DNA of 64,000 nt from an uncultured Desulfatitalea sp. (GTDB lineage Bacteria; Desulfobacterota; Desulfobacteria; Desulfobacterales; Desulfosarcinaceae), in assembly GCA_963668675.2 (NCBI GenBank), contig CAXXMB010000001.1, positions 480,001 to 544,000 on the forward strand, written 5' to 3'. Below the pieces are notes generated by a model that made no database searches, was not told the DNA's origin, and saw nothing but the letters and a program-made list of their open reading frames with translations. Made by a program: the position numbers and the translations under genes. Below are positions 32,771 through 42,556 of this stretch, in pieces. The first letter of the stretch is position 1. Each line of letters opens with the position of its first letter.

Positions 32771-32852
32771 TAACTCATATTCTTTTGGGATGATATCCAA
32801 CATTCTAGTATGATTTTTCATTGAAATCAAATCATAGTCTATGAGGTAGTTC

Positions 32853-34058
32853 ATGTTGTCATTTTTAAGACGATACAAGGTACTTGATTATTCCTGTATA
32901 TTTCTTCTCATTATAATTGCCAGCTACTTATATAAGCATTTGTATAGCGCCGATCAATATGCAATGGATAGGTTTGGTTTTGCGTATAAAATCATTCTTT
33001 GGTCAATCCGCATTGGAATTCCACTCCTTTTAACTTCATTAATAGTTGTATTCATTAAATTTCGTCAAGGAAAGCTGCCTATTGGGGGAATTATACTTTT
33101 TCTTTGCAGTACAATTATATGTGTCCTACTTATCTTTCCACTAGGTAATTATTATTATAATCGTGCTACTCGCATCAATCAAAAATTGGATATGTATCAT
33201 CCATTTCTTCAACTAAAACCTAATATGCTCAATGTCTCATCTAAAGATAACGATACGTTGCGTATACTATGTTTAGGGGGCTCCACTACAGAATGGGGAG
33301 ATCGTGTAAGCAATATTGGGTGGCCGAAGCGCGTTGAGAATATGCTGTTGAACAAATACCCTCATAAAAAAATTGAGATCATAAATGGAGGCCGACAGTG
33401 GTATACTTCATTGCATACATTAATTAATTACCAGGTTAATCTTCGTAAGATCGCTCCAGATATCGTTATGGTTATGCATGGCATAAACGATTTGCTATGC
33501 AATGCCGACTTTTCCTATCTCAGTAAGGGGGAATTTAGGGAGGATTATGGTCATTTTTTAGGAGCTGTAACACGAATCATTGCAAGGGGTAATTTCATTC
33601 AAAAATTGTTTAGAGAGATCAATTTTTGGAGCAATAAAGAAAGAGAATTAATAGATACTACTCATTTTCCTGGTTTGGTATCCTTTAAAAGGAATTTATC
33701 AACACTCATTGAGTTATGTAGAAATGATAGTATTGAGGTGGTGCTGATTACTCAGCCAACATCGCTTAAAAAATTTATGACTGAGGACGAAATTCGAAAA
33801 TGCTATATGCTTAAAATTGAAGCTGTTGGTGTTAATAAAAGATGGAGCCATAAAACGGCATACGAAGGAATGAAAGCTTATAATGATCTTGCCACAAAAG
33901 TGGCTGCCGAAAATGATGTGTATTTAATTGATTTAGCATCTAATATCCCTTCAAGTTTTGAATATTTTTCAGACGAGGTTCACTATAAAGATATTACTTT
34001 CGATATTATCGCCACGCATGTTTCTAATGAATTAGTGAATTTCGGTTTGATCAATTAA
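32853..34058 (+). CDS. Membrane-anchored SGNH/GDSL-like hydrolase
   Basis: LGGSTT, GIND and FSDEVHY motifs; N-terminal TMs. Confidence 0.8.
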   Translation: MLSFLRRYKVLDYSCIFLLIIIASYLYKHLYSADQYAMDRFGFAYKIILWSIRIGIPLLLTSLIVVFIKFRQGKLPIGGIILFLCSTIICVLLIFPLGNYYYNRATRINQKLDMYHPFLQLKPNMLNVSSKDNDTLRILCLGGSTTEWGDRVSNIGWPKRVENMLLNKYPHKKIEIINGGRQWYTSLHTLINYQVNLRKIAPDIVMVMHGINDLLCNADFSYLSKGEFREDYGHFLGAVTRIIARGNFIQKLFREINFWSNKERELIDTTHFPGLVSFKRNLSTLIELCRNDSIEVVLITQPTSLKKFMTEDEIRKCYMLKIEAVGVNKRWSHKTAYEGMKAYNDLATKVAAENDVYLIDLASNIPSSFEYFSDEVHYKDITFDIIATHVSNELVNFGLIN

Positions 34059-34106
34059 AATCCTTCAGCAAGAAAAAATATTACATAAAAAAAACAGGAA
34101 GTTAAC

Positions 34107-35921
34107 ATGAATATCCTTGGAATTTCATCATTCTACCATGATAGTGCAGCTTGTTTGCTACAGAATGGTCAAATAGTAGCTGCCGCTCAGGAAGAGCGGT
34201 TCTCCCGCAAGAAGCACGATCCTCGTTTTCCAAAACACGCCATAAATTATTGCTTGTCCGAAGCTGGCATTAAGGTCAATGACATCAATTATTTTGTTTT
34301 TTATGACAAACCTTTCATGACTTTTGAGCGTTTGTTACTCAGTTACCTGTCGGTTGCCCCGCGTGGGTTAAGATCTTGGTTGAAGGCCATGCCGCTCTGG
34401 CTTGGTCAGAAACTTCATGTCCCCAAGGTTTTAAAAAAGGAAATTGGTTATGAGGGGGTGGTACTATATACCGAGCACCATGAAGCTCATGCCGCTTCAG
34501 CGTTTTATTTAAGTCCGTTTGATGAGGCGGCTATCTTAACCGTAGATGGTGTGGGGGAATGGACCACTGCTAGTTACGGTGTTGGGAGAGGTCGTCAGAT
34601 TGAATTATTGAAGGAGATGCATTTCCCCGATTCTGTGGGCCTTCTCTATTCAGCATTTACCTATTTTACCGGGTTCCGTGTTAATTCAGGTGAATATAAG
34701 CTTATGGGGCTCGCACCTTATGGCAAGCCAATCTATAAAGATCTGATTTTGAATGAAATTATTGATGTTAAGGAAGATGGCTCGGTACGTTTGAATCTGT
34801 CTTTGTTTGACTTTCTTGGTGGTTTACGGATGACTAATCGGCGGTTTGAAAAACTTTTCAATGGTCCTCCCAGAGAGCCGGAGGCACCCATTTCCCAGCG
34901 TGAAATGGATATTGCCGCCAGTATTCAAAAGGTCACTGAAGATGTTGTATTGAAAATGGCCCAGCATGTGAGCAATGAAACCGGTATGAAAAATTTGTGC
35001 ATGGCCGGAGGCGTGGCGCTTAATTGTGTGGCCAATGGCCGGTTAATCAGAGATGGCGTTTTTGATGATCTTTGGATACAGCCGGCTGCTGGTGATGCCG
35101 GCGGGGCTGTTGGGGCAGTTTACTCAGTTTGGCACCGTTTTTTAGATAACGATCGAACCGTTTCTGGAGATGGTGATAGCCAACGAGGTAGTTACTTGGG
35201 ACCTGCATTTTCCCAGGATGAGATAAAAGATTTTCTAGATGAGAACAGCTATTCCTATGTTGAACTCGATCAAAAAGACAGAGCAATTCGTATTGCTGAA
35301 GAAATTCAAAAAGGCAATATCGTTGGCCATCTTTCCGGGCGTATGGAGTTTGGGCCAAGAGCCTTGGGGGCTAGAAGTATTTTAGGAGATCCTCGAAAAA
35401 AAGAAACACAATCCGTGATGAATCTAAAAATAAAATACCGAGAATCATTTCGTCCTTTTGCACCTTCAGTAATGGAGGATAAGATTTCTGAATATTTTGA
35501 TATCGATCGGCCAAGCCCGTATATGCTGCTTGTTGCGAACGTCAAGGAGGCGCGTAGGCTTCCAATGCCTGATGATGATAATATGAAGATGTTAGATAAG
35601 CTAAATATTCCCAGAAGTGATATTCCAGCCATTACTCATCTGGACTATTCAGCTCGTATACAGTCAGTTAGCAAAGATACAAAGCCAGATTACTATGAAA
35701 TTATCGAGGAATTCGAGAAGTTAACGGGGTGTGCAGTGATTGTAAATACGAGCTTTAACGTTCGTGGGGAGCCGATTGTCTGTACTCCTCAGGAAGCGTA
35801 TCAATGTTTTATGCGTACTGAGATGGATGTACTGGTTCTTGAAAATTGTATGCTTTATAAAGAGGAACAACCTAAGTGGATCGAAGGGGAAGAGTGGCGT
35901 GATGAACTTGAACTCGACTAA
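34107..35921 (+). CDS. O-carbamoyltransferase (NodU/CmcH family)
   Basis: YHDSAA, EERFSR.KH, HHEAHAAS, DGVGE, GEYKLMGLAPYG and NTSFNVRGEP motifs. Confidence 0.95.
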   Translation: MNILGISSFYHDSAACLLQNGQIVAAAQEERFSRKKHDPRFPKHAINYCLSEAGIKVNDINYFVFYDKPFMTFERLLLSYLSVAPRGLRSWLKAMPLWLGQKLHVPKVLKKEIGYEGVVLYTEHHEAHAASAFYLSPFDEAAILTVDGVGEWTTASYGVGRGRQIELLKEMHFPDSVGLLYSAFTYFTGFRVNSGEYKLMGLAPYGKPIYKDLILNEIIDVKEDGSVRLNLSLFDFLGGLRMTNRRFEKLFNGPPREPEAPISQREMDIAASIQKVTEDVVLKMAQHVSNETGMKNLCMAGGVALNCVANGRLIRDGVFDDLWIQPAAGDAGGAVGAVYSVWHRFLDNDRTVSGDGDSQRGSYLGPAFSQDEIKDFLDENSYSYVELDQKDRAIRIAEEIQKGNIVGHLSGRMEFGPRALGARSILGDPRKKETQSVMNLKIKYRESFRPFAPSVMEDKISEYFDIDRPSPYMLLVANVKEARRLPMPDDDNMKMLDKLNIPRSDIPAITHLDYSARIQSVSKDTKPDYYEIIEEFEKLTGCAVIVNTSFNVRGEPIVCTPQEAYQCFMRTEMDVLVLENCMLYKEEQPKWIEGEEWRDELELD

Positions 35922-36300
35922 TAGAGACATAAGAATATTTGGTCTGATTGCTGTAGTGTTTTTTGGTTCATTGTGTGCGTTGGCCATTTGGAGACAAAAC
36001 TTTTTTCTGATATGTTTCTTTGGCATCTTAAGTTTTTTAGGACTCTGTTTTTTAACACTTCCGAAGCCATTTAGACCTATATATAGAGGATGGCTGAAAA
36101 TTGCCCATCTTATAGGGATGGCATTCACGATTCTAATGTTAACGATCGCGTATTTCTTTGTGATTACACCCGCCGCATGGCTTAAAAGAATTTTCGGGGG
36201 TAGGCCTCTTCCTTTGCGACCTGATCCCACAATCGAGAGCTACTGGGTTAAACGTAAAGAACCAGCGCAACCCAAAGAACGGTTCTATTTAAGATATTAG
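35902..36300 (+). CDS. SxtJ-family membrane protein
   Basis: R.FG, P..FRP.Y..W, YFFVITP and SYW motifs; overlaps the carbamoyltransferase end. Confidence 0.8.
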   Translation: MNLNSTNRDIRIFGLIAVVFFGSLCALAIWRQNFFLICFFGILSFLGLCFLTLPKPFRPIYRGWLKIAHLIGMAFTILMLTIAYFFVITPAAWLKRIFGGRPLPLRPDPTIESYWVKRKEPAQPKERFYLRY

Positions 36301-36304
36301 ATGG

Positions 36305-36432
36305 TTATTAACCCGGCAATTATAAATCACAGCGCTCGTTATTCCGGCGAAGGCCGGAATCCAGGTCGCTACTGGATCCCGGATCAAGTCCGGGATGGCG
36401 GAGGCTGGTATATTTACTTGCCGGTTTGATAT
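36305..36432 (+). repeat. MITE with palindromic core
   Basis: TTATTAACCCGGCAATT...CTTGCCGGTTTGATA ends around ATTCCGGCGAAGGCCGGAATCCAG and CTGGATCCCGGATCAAGTCCGGGATG. Confidence 0.8.
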
Positions 36433-36501
36433 TTTGATACTGACGTCTTTGTTCAGACGTTGAATTGGAACAATAGATCGTAACAAACTTAGGAGAATAT
36501 T

Positions 36502-36660
36502 ATGGGCAATAAATCCATTGTAACCGAATTTTGGGAGTTCTTACGATATCGGAAACGCTATTGGCTATTACCGATTGTACTCGTGTTAGTGATTATGAGC
36601 GCGCTAATTGTTTTTACACAGAGCAGTGCTGTGGCGCCTTTTATTTATGCACTTTTTTAA
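36502..36660 (+). CDS. SxtK/DUF5989-like small membrane protein, 52 aa (absent from the ORF track)
   Basis: RBS AGGAG; MGNKSIVTEFWEFLRYRKRYWLLPIV...SAVAPFIYALF. Confidence 0.85.
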   Translation: MGNKSIVTEFWEFLRYRKRYWLLPIVLVLVIMSALIVFTQSSAVAPFIYALF

Positions 36661-36675
36661 TGGGCTACGCAAATA

Positions 36676-37191
36676 ATGACATTATTATTGCTGAATCGGT
36701 TATTAAATAAGCTTTGTTTCTTTTCCCCTGGCGGAAGTTCGCTGCGGCCGTTTCTACAACGTGCTCGTGGTGTTATGGTCGGTAAAGACGTTTGGATCAG
36801 CCAATATGTCTATTTCGACGAACTTCACCCGGAAGGTATTGAGATTGGAGACAATGTTACCATCGGTATCCGCTCTTCGATTATTACCCATTTTTATTGG
36901 GGGCCAAGAAAGACTGAGGGCGGATATAAAAAGGTTATCATTGAAGATGATGTGTTTATCGGACCGCATTGCTTGATTATGCCTGGTGTAACAATCGGAA
37001 AAGGTTCGGTGGTAAAAGGAGGTACGACGGTTTCGAGGAATGTACCGCCAAACACAATGTGGGGCTCCCCTGATGCCGGCCCTATCGGTACGGTAGGGGT
37101 GCCTTTGACGCCACACCATTCGTACGATGATTTTATAAGAGGGTTGAGGCCCTACAGAAAGAGAAAATCAGAACGGCCGAATAGAAACTAA
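36676..37191 (+). CDS. Hexapeptide-repeat O-acyltransferase
   Basis: IEIGDNVTIG and IEDDVFIG...PGVTIG repeats. Confidence 0.85.
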   Translation: MTLLLLNRLLNKLCFFSPGGSSLRPFLQRARGVMVGKDVWISQYVYFDELHPEGIEIGDNVTIGIRSSIITHFYWGPRKTEGGYKKVIIEDDVFIGPHCLIMPGVTIGKGSVVKGGTTVSRNVPPNTMWGSPDAGPIGTVGVPLTPHHSYDDFIRGLRPYRKRKSERPNRN

Positions 37192-37213
37192 ATTAGGATT
37201 TTCATCGTCAGAT

Positions 37214-38587
37214 ATGTTTCGATTCCATTCGAGAAGAGGCTTTTTAAAGAAAGCCATAGCTGTCATTTTATGCTCTGCTTTAGGCCGGCGATTTTCCGCT
37301 TTCGCCGGCGTTCGACCCCGAAAGGAGTTGAAGGAGGTCCAGAGTCATGTCTATCGGGCCGTCAATGGAGGTCCTGGCAGAAATATTGAGAAATTGATCG
37401 AGCTCATGGGAGGAGTTGAGACCATTATCGGAGACAGCGATATCGTCTTAATTAAGCCCAATGTGCAATGGTGGAACCAAGGGTGCCCTAATCTTCTGGC
37501 CGTTTATACATTTATTCAGTTGATAATGAAAAGGCCCGGCGGATTTCATGGCGAAGTCATTATTGCAGAGAATTGCCATCGGGGCCGTGAACCGTCAAAC
37601 TCGGGCGGTTGGGGTGCGGATTTCGAAAGAAACGCCTCTATGGCCGGGGTGGCCAATTACAAAGAGCTGACAGCAAAGATCAAGAGCGAATTTGGGGATA
37701 GATTTTCAGTTATTCATTGGATTGATGTTAAATACGGCGCAAATCGTGTCTGTTCTCCGCATGACGGTGTGGGGTATGTCTATTGTGACGGTTCTAATGG
37801 TGCGCCGCTGTTAAGCATGGACAATGGATTGGCAGGGGAAAATAGAAGGTCGGTTATCATGACCTATCCGATTTTTAAAACGGACAGGGGAACCATTGTC
37901 GATTTCAAAAATGGCGTTTGGAAAGATGGCCGATATACGGATCAGCCTTTGCGGTTTATCAACTTTGCCGCTTTGAACCACCACAGCGAGTACTGCGGTG
38001 CAACGAGCGCACTGAAAAATTATTTGGGTGTTACCGACTTGAGTGGAGGTCCTGATCCTTATTCAGACGGTAAACTAACGGGCGATTTTTATAATTTTCA
38101 CTCTTTCCCTTTTGATAAATGGTCATCCGGGCCAAGACCAGGGATGATCGGGGCTGAAATCGGGTTTTTTATGCGCACAATCCGTAAGGCGGACCTCAAC
38201 ATCACTTCGGCAGAATGGACGGGGCTGGCTTCAAGGACTGAGTTGCCGGCTGCAAAGACCCGCGCTGTGCTTGCTTCAACAGACCCCGTTGCCTTGGATT
38301 ACCATGCTACGAAGTATATCCTCTATCCAAATTCCTCCATTGCTTTTCATGACCCTGATAATTTGCAGGGGCCATTGTATCATGATTTAAAAAGGTGTTC
38401 AGAGGCGACCGGGGATGCGTTTGACGAGTCGAGGGTGGAAATTGTTTCATGGGATTTTTCGAAAAGCCGGCGCCAACGAGACGATGAGCTTGTTATTAAG
38501 GGAGAGTGCGATTGGGGCGGCAATGCGAGGACTCTTTTAAAGTATGCACTTTTTAGATGGTTTCCTGGGATAGCTAAGTTCTTCTAA
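37214..38587 (+). CDS. Tat-exported DUF362-family protein
   Basis: SRRGFLK signal; IKPN, ALKNYLG and STDPVALD motifs. Confidence 0.75.
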   Translation: MFRFHSRRGFLKKAIAVILCSALGRRFSAFAGVRPRKELKEVQSHVYRAVNGGPGRNIEKLIELMGGVETIIGDSDIVLIKPNVQWWNQGCPNLLAVYTFIQLIMKRPGGFHGEVIIAENCHRGREPSNSGGWGADFERNASMAGVANYKELTAKIKSEFGDRFSVIHWIDVKYGANRVCSPHDGVGYVYCDGSNGAPLLSMDNGLAGENRRSVIMTYPIFKTDRGTIVDFKNGVWKDGRYTDQPLRFINFAALNHHSEYCGATSALKNYLGVTDLSGGPDPYSDGKLTGDFYNFHSFPFDKWSSGPRPGMIGAEIGFFMRTIRKADLNITSAEWTGLASRTELPAAKTRAVLASTDPVALDYHATKYILYPNSSIAFHDPDNLQGPLYHDLKRCSEATGDAFDESRVEIVSWDFSKSRRQRDDELVIKGECDWGGNARTLLKYALFRWFPGIAKFF

Positions 38588-38605
38588 TTTTTACGGTGCA
38601 GGTTT

Positions 38606-39478
38606 ATGGTGGCAATGAGTATGATGGAATCTTCTATGAAAGAAAAGGTGTGCCTGGTGACGGGTGCAACTTCAGGAATTGGAAGGGCCACGGCGGTAAC
38701 ATTGATGCAAATGGGTGCTAACACTATCCTGGTGGGACGAGATCGGGAAAAATGCGAAAAGGTCCTGAAAAAGGCTCAAAAAATAAATTCAAATGCCAAG
38801 GCTGAATATATCATTGCAGACTTATCGTCTAAGCGTGATATTCGTCGTCTGGCTGATGAATTCAATAGTAAATACGACAGGTTGGATGTTTTGGTCAATA
38901 ATGCGGGGGCAAAATTTGTGCAGCGTAGCACTACTGTCGATGGATATGAAATGAGCTTCGCCCTCAATCACCTGGCTTATTTTCTGCTGACTCATCTGAT
39001 GTTGGATCGTTTGAAGGCGACGGGGCGTTCACGCATCGTCAACGTCTCTTCAGGGGCGCATGGCGGCGCTGTGATAGATTTTGAGGACCTTCAGAGCGAA
39101 AAAGGATATGTCGGAAAAGCCGCCTACAATCGATCGAAGCTGGCGAACCTGTTATTTACGTATGAACTGTCAAGAAAGCTGGATGGTACGGGAATAACGG
39201 TGAATGCAGTTGCTCCCGGAGGGGTCATCACGAATTTTTGCAGGAATAATGGTTGGGTCAGCTGGTCAAAACACGTGCTGGCGCATATCCTGGCCAGGAA
39301 CCTGATCGGCCCTAAGAAGGCTTCCGAGACGATCATTTATTTATGCACTTCACCCGATGTTGAGGGGGTGAGTGGTCAATATTTTTTTGACAAGAGATTA
39401 ATCAAATCTTCCCGTGAGTCCTATGACGAACAGAGTGCCAAGCGTTTGTGGGAAGAGAGTTTGAAGCTTGTTGAGTGA
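38606..39478 (+). CDS. SDR oxidoreductase
   Basis: TGATSGIG, NNAG and YNRSK motifs. Confidence 0.9.
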   Translation: MVAMSMMESSMKEKVCLVTGATSGIGRATAVTLMQMGANTILVGRDREKCEKVLKKAQKINSNAKAEYIIADLSSKRDIRRLADEFNSKYDRLDVLVNNAGAKFVQRSTTVDGYEMSFALNHLAYFLLTHLMLDRLKATGRSRIVNVSSGAHGGAVIDFEDLQSEKGYVGKAAYNRSKLANLLFTYELSRKLDGTGITVNAVAPGGVITNFCRNNGWVSWSKHVLAHILARNLIGPKKASETIIYLCTSPDVEGVSGQYFFDKRLIKSSRESYDEQSAKRLWEESLKLVE

Positions 39479-39537
39479 GTAATCGTATCCTCTCCGTGTA
39501 TAGAAATCATATCTGAGTCATCCTTATAAAAAATCTA

Positions 39538-39758
39538 CCCGGTTCTCTATGAAAGTTAAGTTAACATTCGAAATAGCAATTAGCGTCATTCCGGGCTTGA
39601 CCCGGAATCCAGTATTTCCAATCTTTGCTGGATGCCGGATCAAGTCCGGCATGACGTTGCAGAAATTTTCGACATGCCCATTATCCTTTTCATTCAAAAA
39701 GGAAATTTCGGTCTGAACGCCCAATAGCTGACCAACTTAATCTTCATAGAGAACCGGG
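39538..39758. mobile_element. 221-bp IS1595-derived MITE carrying a palindromic repeat
   Basis: TIRs CCCGGTTCTCTATGAA matching the element at 4483-5323; perfect 8-bp TSD AAAATCTA. Confidence 0.9.
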
Positions 39759-40076
39759 AAAATCTATTCGGTTTAACAGATGCTTCTGTCTCATATCGCT
39801 GGATCCCGGATCAAGTCCGGGATGACGGTATGTTTTGGATCGAGTCCTGGATTACAGTATGTTCCGAGCCGAATCCGCGATGACGGCATATAGGATGTGG
39901 GGTGTATCTGTGGCCGGCTTATTTTTGTATAACCTTTTTTACATAATACCTATGGCTTTGATGAGTCTGTGTGTGGTGTCTTTTTCTATATATGGTTGAA
40001 TTCCAGCAATCTGATTTGTATGAGCTGTGCATAGGCATGACTAATACAAAATTATCTTTGACGAGTAACTGGCCAA

Positions 40077-40760
40077 TTGCAAAAGAAAAATAAATATATT
40101 TATCGTTCAAAATTATCAGAGGCCAAGTTCAGAGAGATCGTAAGGTATTTCAGTCTCGATATCGAGGCGAATAAGGCCGCTGTGCTGGCGTCGTTGAACC
40201 GCAACACTTTAAACCGCTATTACAATCTGGTTCGCAGATGTGTGACTCAATATTGCGAGTACAAAGGATGCCATTTGGGATTTGTAGAAAAGGCCGTTTC
40301 AGGCGAAAACCATCAAGTTGGAGATGAAGGGTGCTATTCTGTTGAGAGTGGTTCGATGGTTTTTGGGGTGTGTTTGATAGCTGGTTGGATATACACAGAA
40401 ATTATCCATGAAACCGATTTGCCCGAAGATCGAAATATGCTTGTTTCACGCAATGGTGTTGAATGTTATCTGCGAGACTGCCCTAACCCACGGATAAAAG
40501 AGTACAGGGCGTTGGTCGATTTTGACTCAGGGCGATATGTTCGCACCTCCCATTCCGGTGAAGATAAGGGCAGGGCAGTGGATGTGAAATCGTGCGATCT
40601 TTTTTGGGGTTATGCAAAGAGCCGACTGTTAAAATTTAATGGGATATCAAAATCAACATTGTATTTTCATATCAAAGAGTGTGAATTTCGATATAACCAT
40701 AGGGGTGAAGATCTATATAAGTTGCTGCTCAAAATAATTAGAGAAAATCCAATAAACTAG
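40077..40760 (+). CDS. IS1595/IS1016-type transposase-like protein with degenerate catalytic core
   Basis: RSKLSEAKFR...LNRNT and FWGYAKSRL.KFNG...HIKECEFRYN conserved; DDE motifs diverged. Confidence 0.7.
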   Translation: MQKKNKYIYRSKLSEAKFREIVRYFSLDIEANKAAVLASLNRNTLNRYYNLVRRCVTQYCEYKGCHLGFVEKAVSGENHQVGDEGCYSVESGSMVFGVCLIAGWIYTEIIHETDLPEDRNMLVSRNGVECYLRDCPNPRIKEYRALVDFDSGRYVRTSHSGEDKGRAVDVKSCDLFWGYAKSRLLKFNGISKSTLYFHIKECEFRYNHRGEDLYKLLLKIIRENPIN

Positions 40761-40805
40761 TCCAGCCACTTGTATTGGGGTCTTTTTACTTGCTTGAATT
40801 TTTAG

Positions 40806-40821
40806 TGGCACAGCCCTTGCT
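40806..40821 (+). promoter_or_regulatory. sigma54 promoter
   Basis: TGGCACAGCCCTTGCT, consensus match. Confidence 0.85.
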
Positions 40822-40950
40822 TTTGTCTCCTAACAGGCTTCGTGAACAAGATGACCGTCTCTTTAGCGGCAATTGTTCAATCAAGAACGGAAAAACATAG
40901 TGCAGGCGTTGGCGTAGTGTGCGAAGTTCTGCACTGGAACTGGGGCAGAG

Positions 40951-41166
40951 ATGAGGGCAATTCGTTATATAGCATTATCAGGCGCAGTGATGGCGCTATT
41001 GTTGATTGGAAGTGGGTTTGCATATGGGCCGGTTGAGGCTGATATGGTAATGGGCAGCGGAACGCCATTTTCTATAGCAAACCCAGGAAAGGCGCTATCA
41101 GTAGGTGTGGCCTTTATTTTGATCGGCTTGTTCGGCAACAGAAGATTCATTAAGAAATCCTTATAG
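40951..41166 (+). CDS. Small protein with signal peptide, TM and GLFGNRRFIK tail
   Basis: Downstream of a sigma54 promoter; tail identical to that of 42557-42730. Confidence 0.75.
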   Translation: MRAIRYIALSGAVMALLLIGSGFAYGPVEADMVMGSGTPFSIANPGKALSVGVAFILIGLFGNRRFIKKSL

Positions 41167-41224
41167 GAGTATTGCAAATTCAATAGAATCGGTTAAAGGC
41201 TTGGGGTTGAAGAAGGAGGAGTGG

Positions 41225-42001
41225 ATGCGGAAATTTATATGGGTGTTATTGGTTTTGGCCTTTTTAGCGTTATCGGGAGTCTGTTATGCGGCGCCATTTA
41301 CTGTCGTGGATACGACATGGGTTAAGACCCAAAATGGAGATTGGTACGGAACGAGCGGAGATAGTGCTATTGGTGGATCCAATTACAACACCTCCAAGGT
41401 TTTGATAGACCAGGTTGGAGGCAATTTGGTTTTTAACTTTTATACGGTGTTCGACAACGACGATACGGGAGATGGTTATTTTCAGCTTCCCGGAACGAAT
41501 GTAAATACGTACCTTGCCGATCTGGCGCTCGATACCAATGGTGATGGGTTTTTTGATAAAGGCGTCGTTTTGAAAGACCATGCAGAGTGGACTGAAGGCA
41601 CGCTGCCTGGAAATAGTTACGGTGTTGGTCTTTACGATGCTTCGTCATGGGATACATCCAGCTATTTTATGGGCGGTCTTTCCGGCATCATTTATGGTGA
41701 GGAGTGGGCGGTGGAAAAAGAAGGCACTCTGCAAGATTCAATGGTGGCCATTTCTGAAGGATCTCTCTTGGGAGATGCGATGGTTTCATGGGCTGATGAT
41801 GTTTGGTCTGTTTCTATTGCCCTGGCCGATTTGGGTGTTGCGGGAGGTGACTTGAGTTTTTACTGGGGCACGGCTTCTTGCGGAAATGATCCCATCTCTG
41901 GGACAGTGCATGTTCCTGAACCCGGCACGCTTTTATTTCTGAGTGGCTTTGTTTTGGGGTTGGGGATCGTCGGAAGAAAGAAGTTGGTGTTGCCTCTGTA
42001 G
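41225..42001 (+). CDS. PEP-CTERM protein
   Basis: RBS AGGAGG; signal peptide; CGND...VPEPG-TM-RKK. Confidence 0.95.
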   Translation: MRKFIWVLLVLAFLALSGVCYAAPFTVVDTTWVKTQNGDWYGTSGDSAIGGSNYNTSKVLIDQVGGNLVFNFYTVFDNDDTGDGYFQLPGTNVNTYLADLALDTNGDGFFDKGVVLKDHAEWTEGTLPGNSYGVGLYDASSWDTSSYFMGGLSGIIYGEEWAVEKEGTLQDSMVAISEGSLLGDAMVSWADDVWSVSIALADLGVAGGDLSFYWGTASCGNDPISGTVHVPEPGTLLFLSGFVLGLGIVGRKKLVLPL

Positions 42002-42092
42002 TTAAGCAGGCGCATGAATTATCATGCCGGCGCTGGTTATTGGCGGGATAGCCGGTGCTGGGCATGCGTGTTGAGATTATAGATTGCTTTAC

Positions 42093-42135
42093 AAGGGGAG
42101 CTGGGGAACTGAATGTTTCACAGCTCCCCTTTTTT
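42093..42135 (+). terminator. Rho-independent terminator
   Basis: AAGGGGAGCTG...CAGCTCCCCTT followed by a T-run. Confidence 0.8.
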
Positions 42136-42461
42136 ATTGTTTCCTTTAGGTTGTGGAAGCAAAGGGCCGGTATATGTAATTTGTTTCTCATCTTTCCTAT
42201 AATCGATTTCCTAATTTCCATGTCATATTGCGTTGTTTTAGATTGAACTGATGATTTTGAATTTTTGGACAGGGTAGTAAGACTATATAAATACAAAAAA
42301 TATAATGTAACCAGAAGAAAAATAAGAAAAAAATATAAAATACTATATTACATTAAATATTGTTTAAAATAATTAAATATAAATAGCAAAAACAGTTATA
42401 TATAAAATATAAAGTGAGCTAAAATAGGCTAGCCTCATGCATAACACGATTTTTAATCTTT

Positions 42462-42477
42462 AGGCATATATATTGCT
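42462..42477 (+). promoter_or_regulatory. sigma54 promoter
   Basis: AGGCATATATATTGCT (GG-N10-GC) after an AT-rich upstream region. Confidence 0.65.
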
Positions 42478-42556
42478 CGATAGTCAATATAAGCTTCTAT
42501 GTAAAGGCGCGGTTAGGTTATTAAACTCTGATAAAAAAGATGAAATTTGAGGATAG

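Noticed and set aside
34107..36660. Saxitoxin cluster
   Set aside because: Only sxtI/J/K-like genes are present; no sxtA or sxtG, and the context is EPS.
39926..39943. Enhancer box TGTA...TTACA for the sigma54 promoter
   Set aside because: Imperfect, and about 860 bp from the promoter; not supportable from sequence alone.
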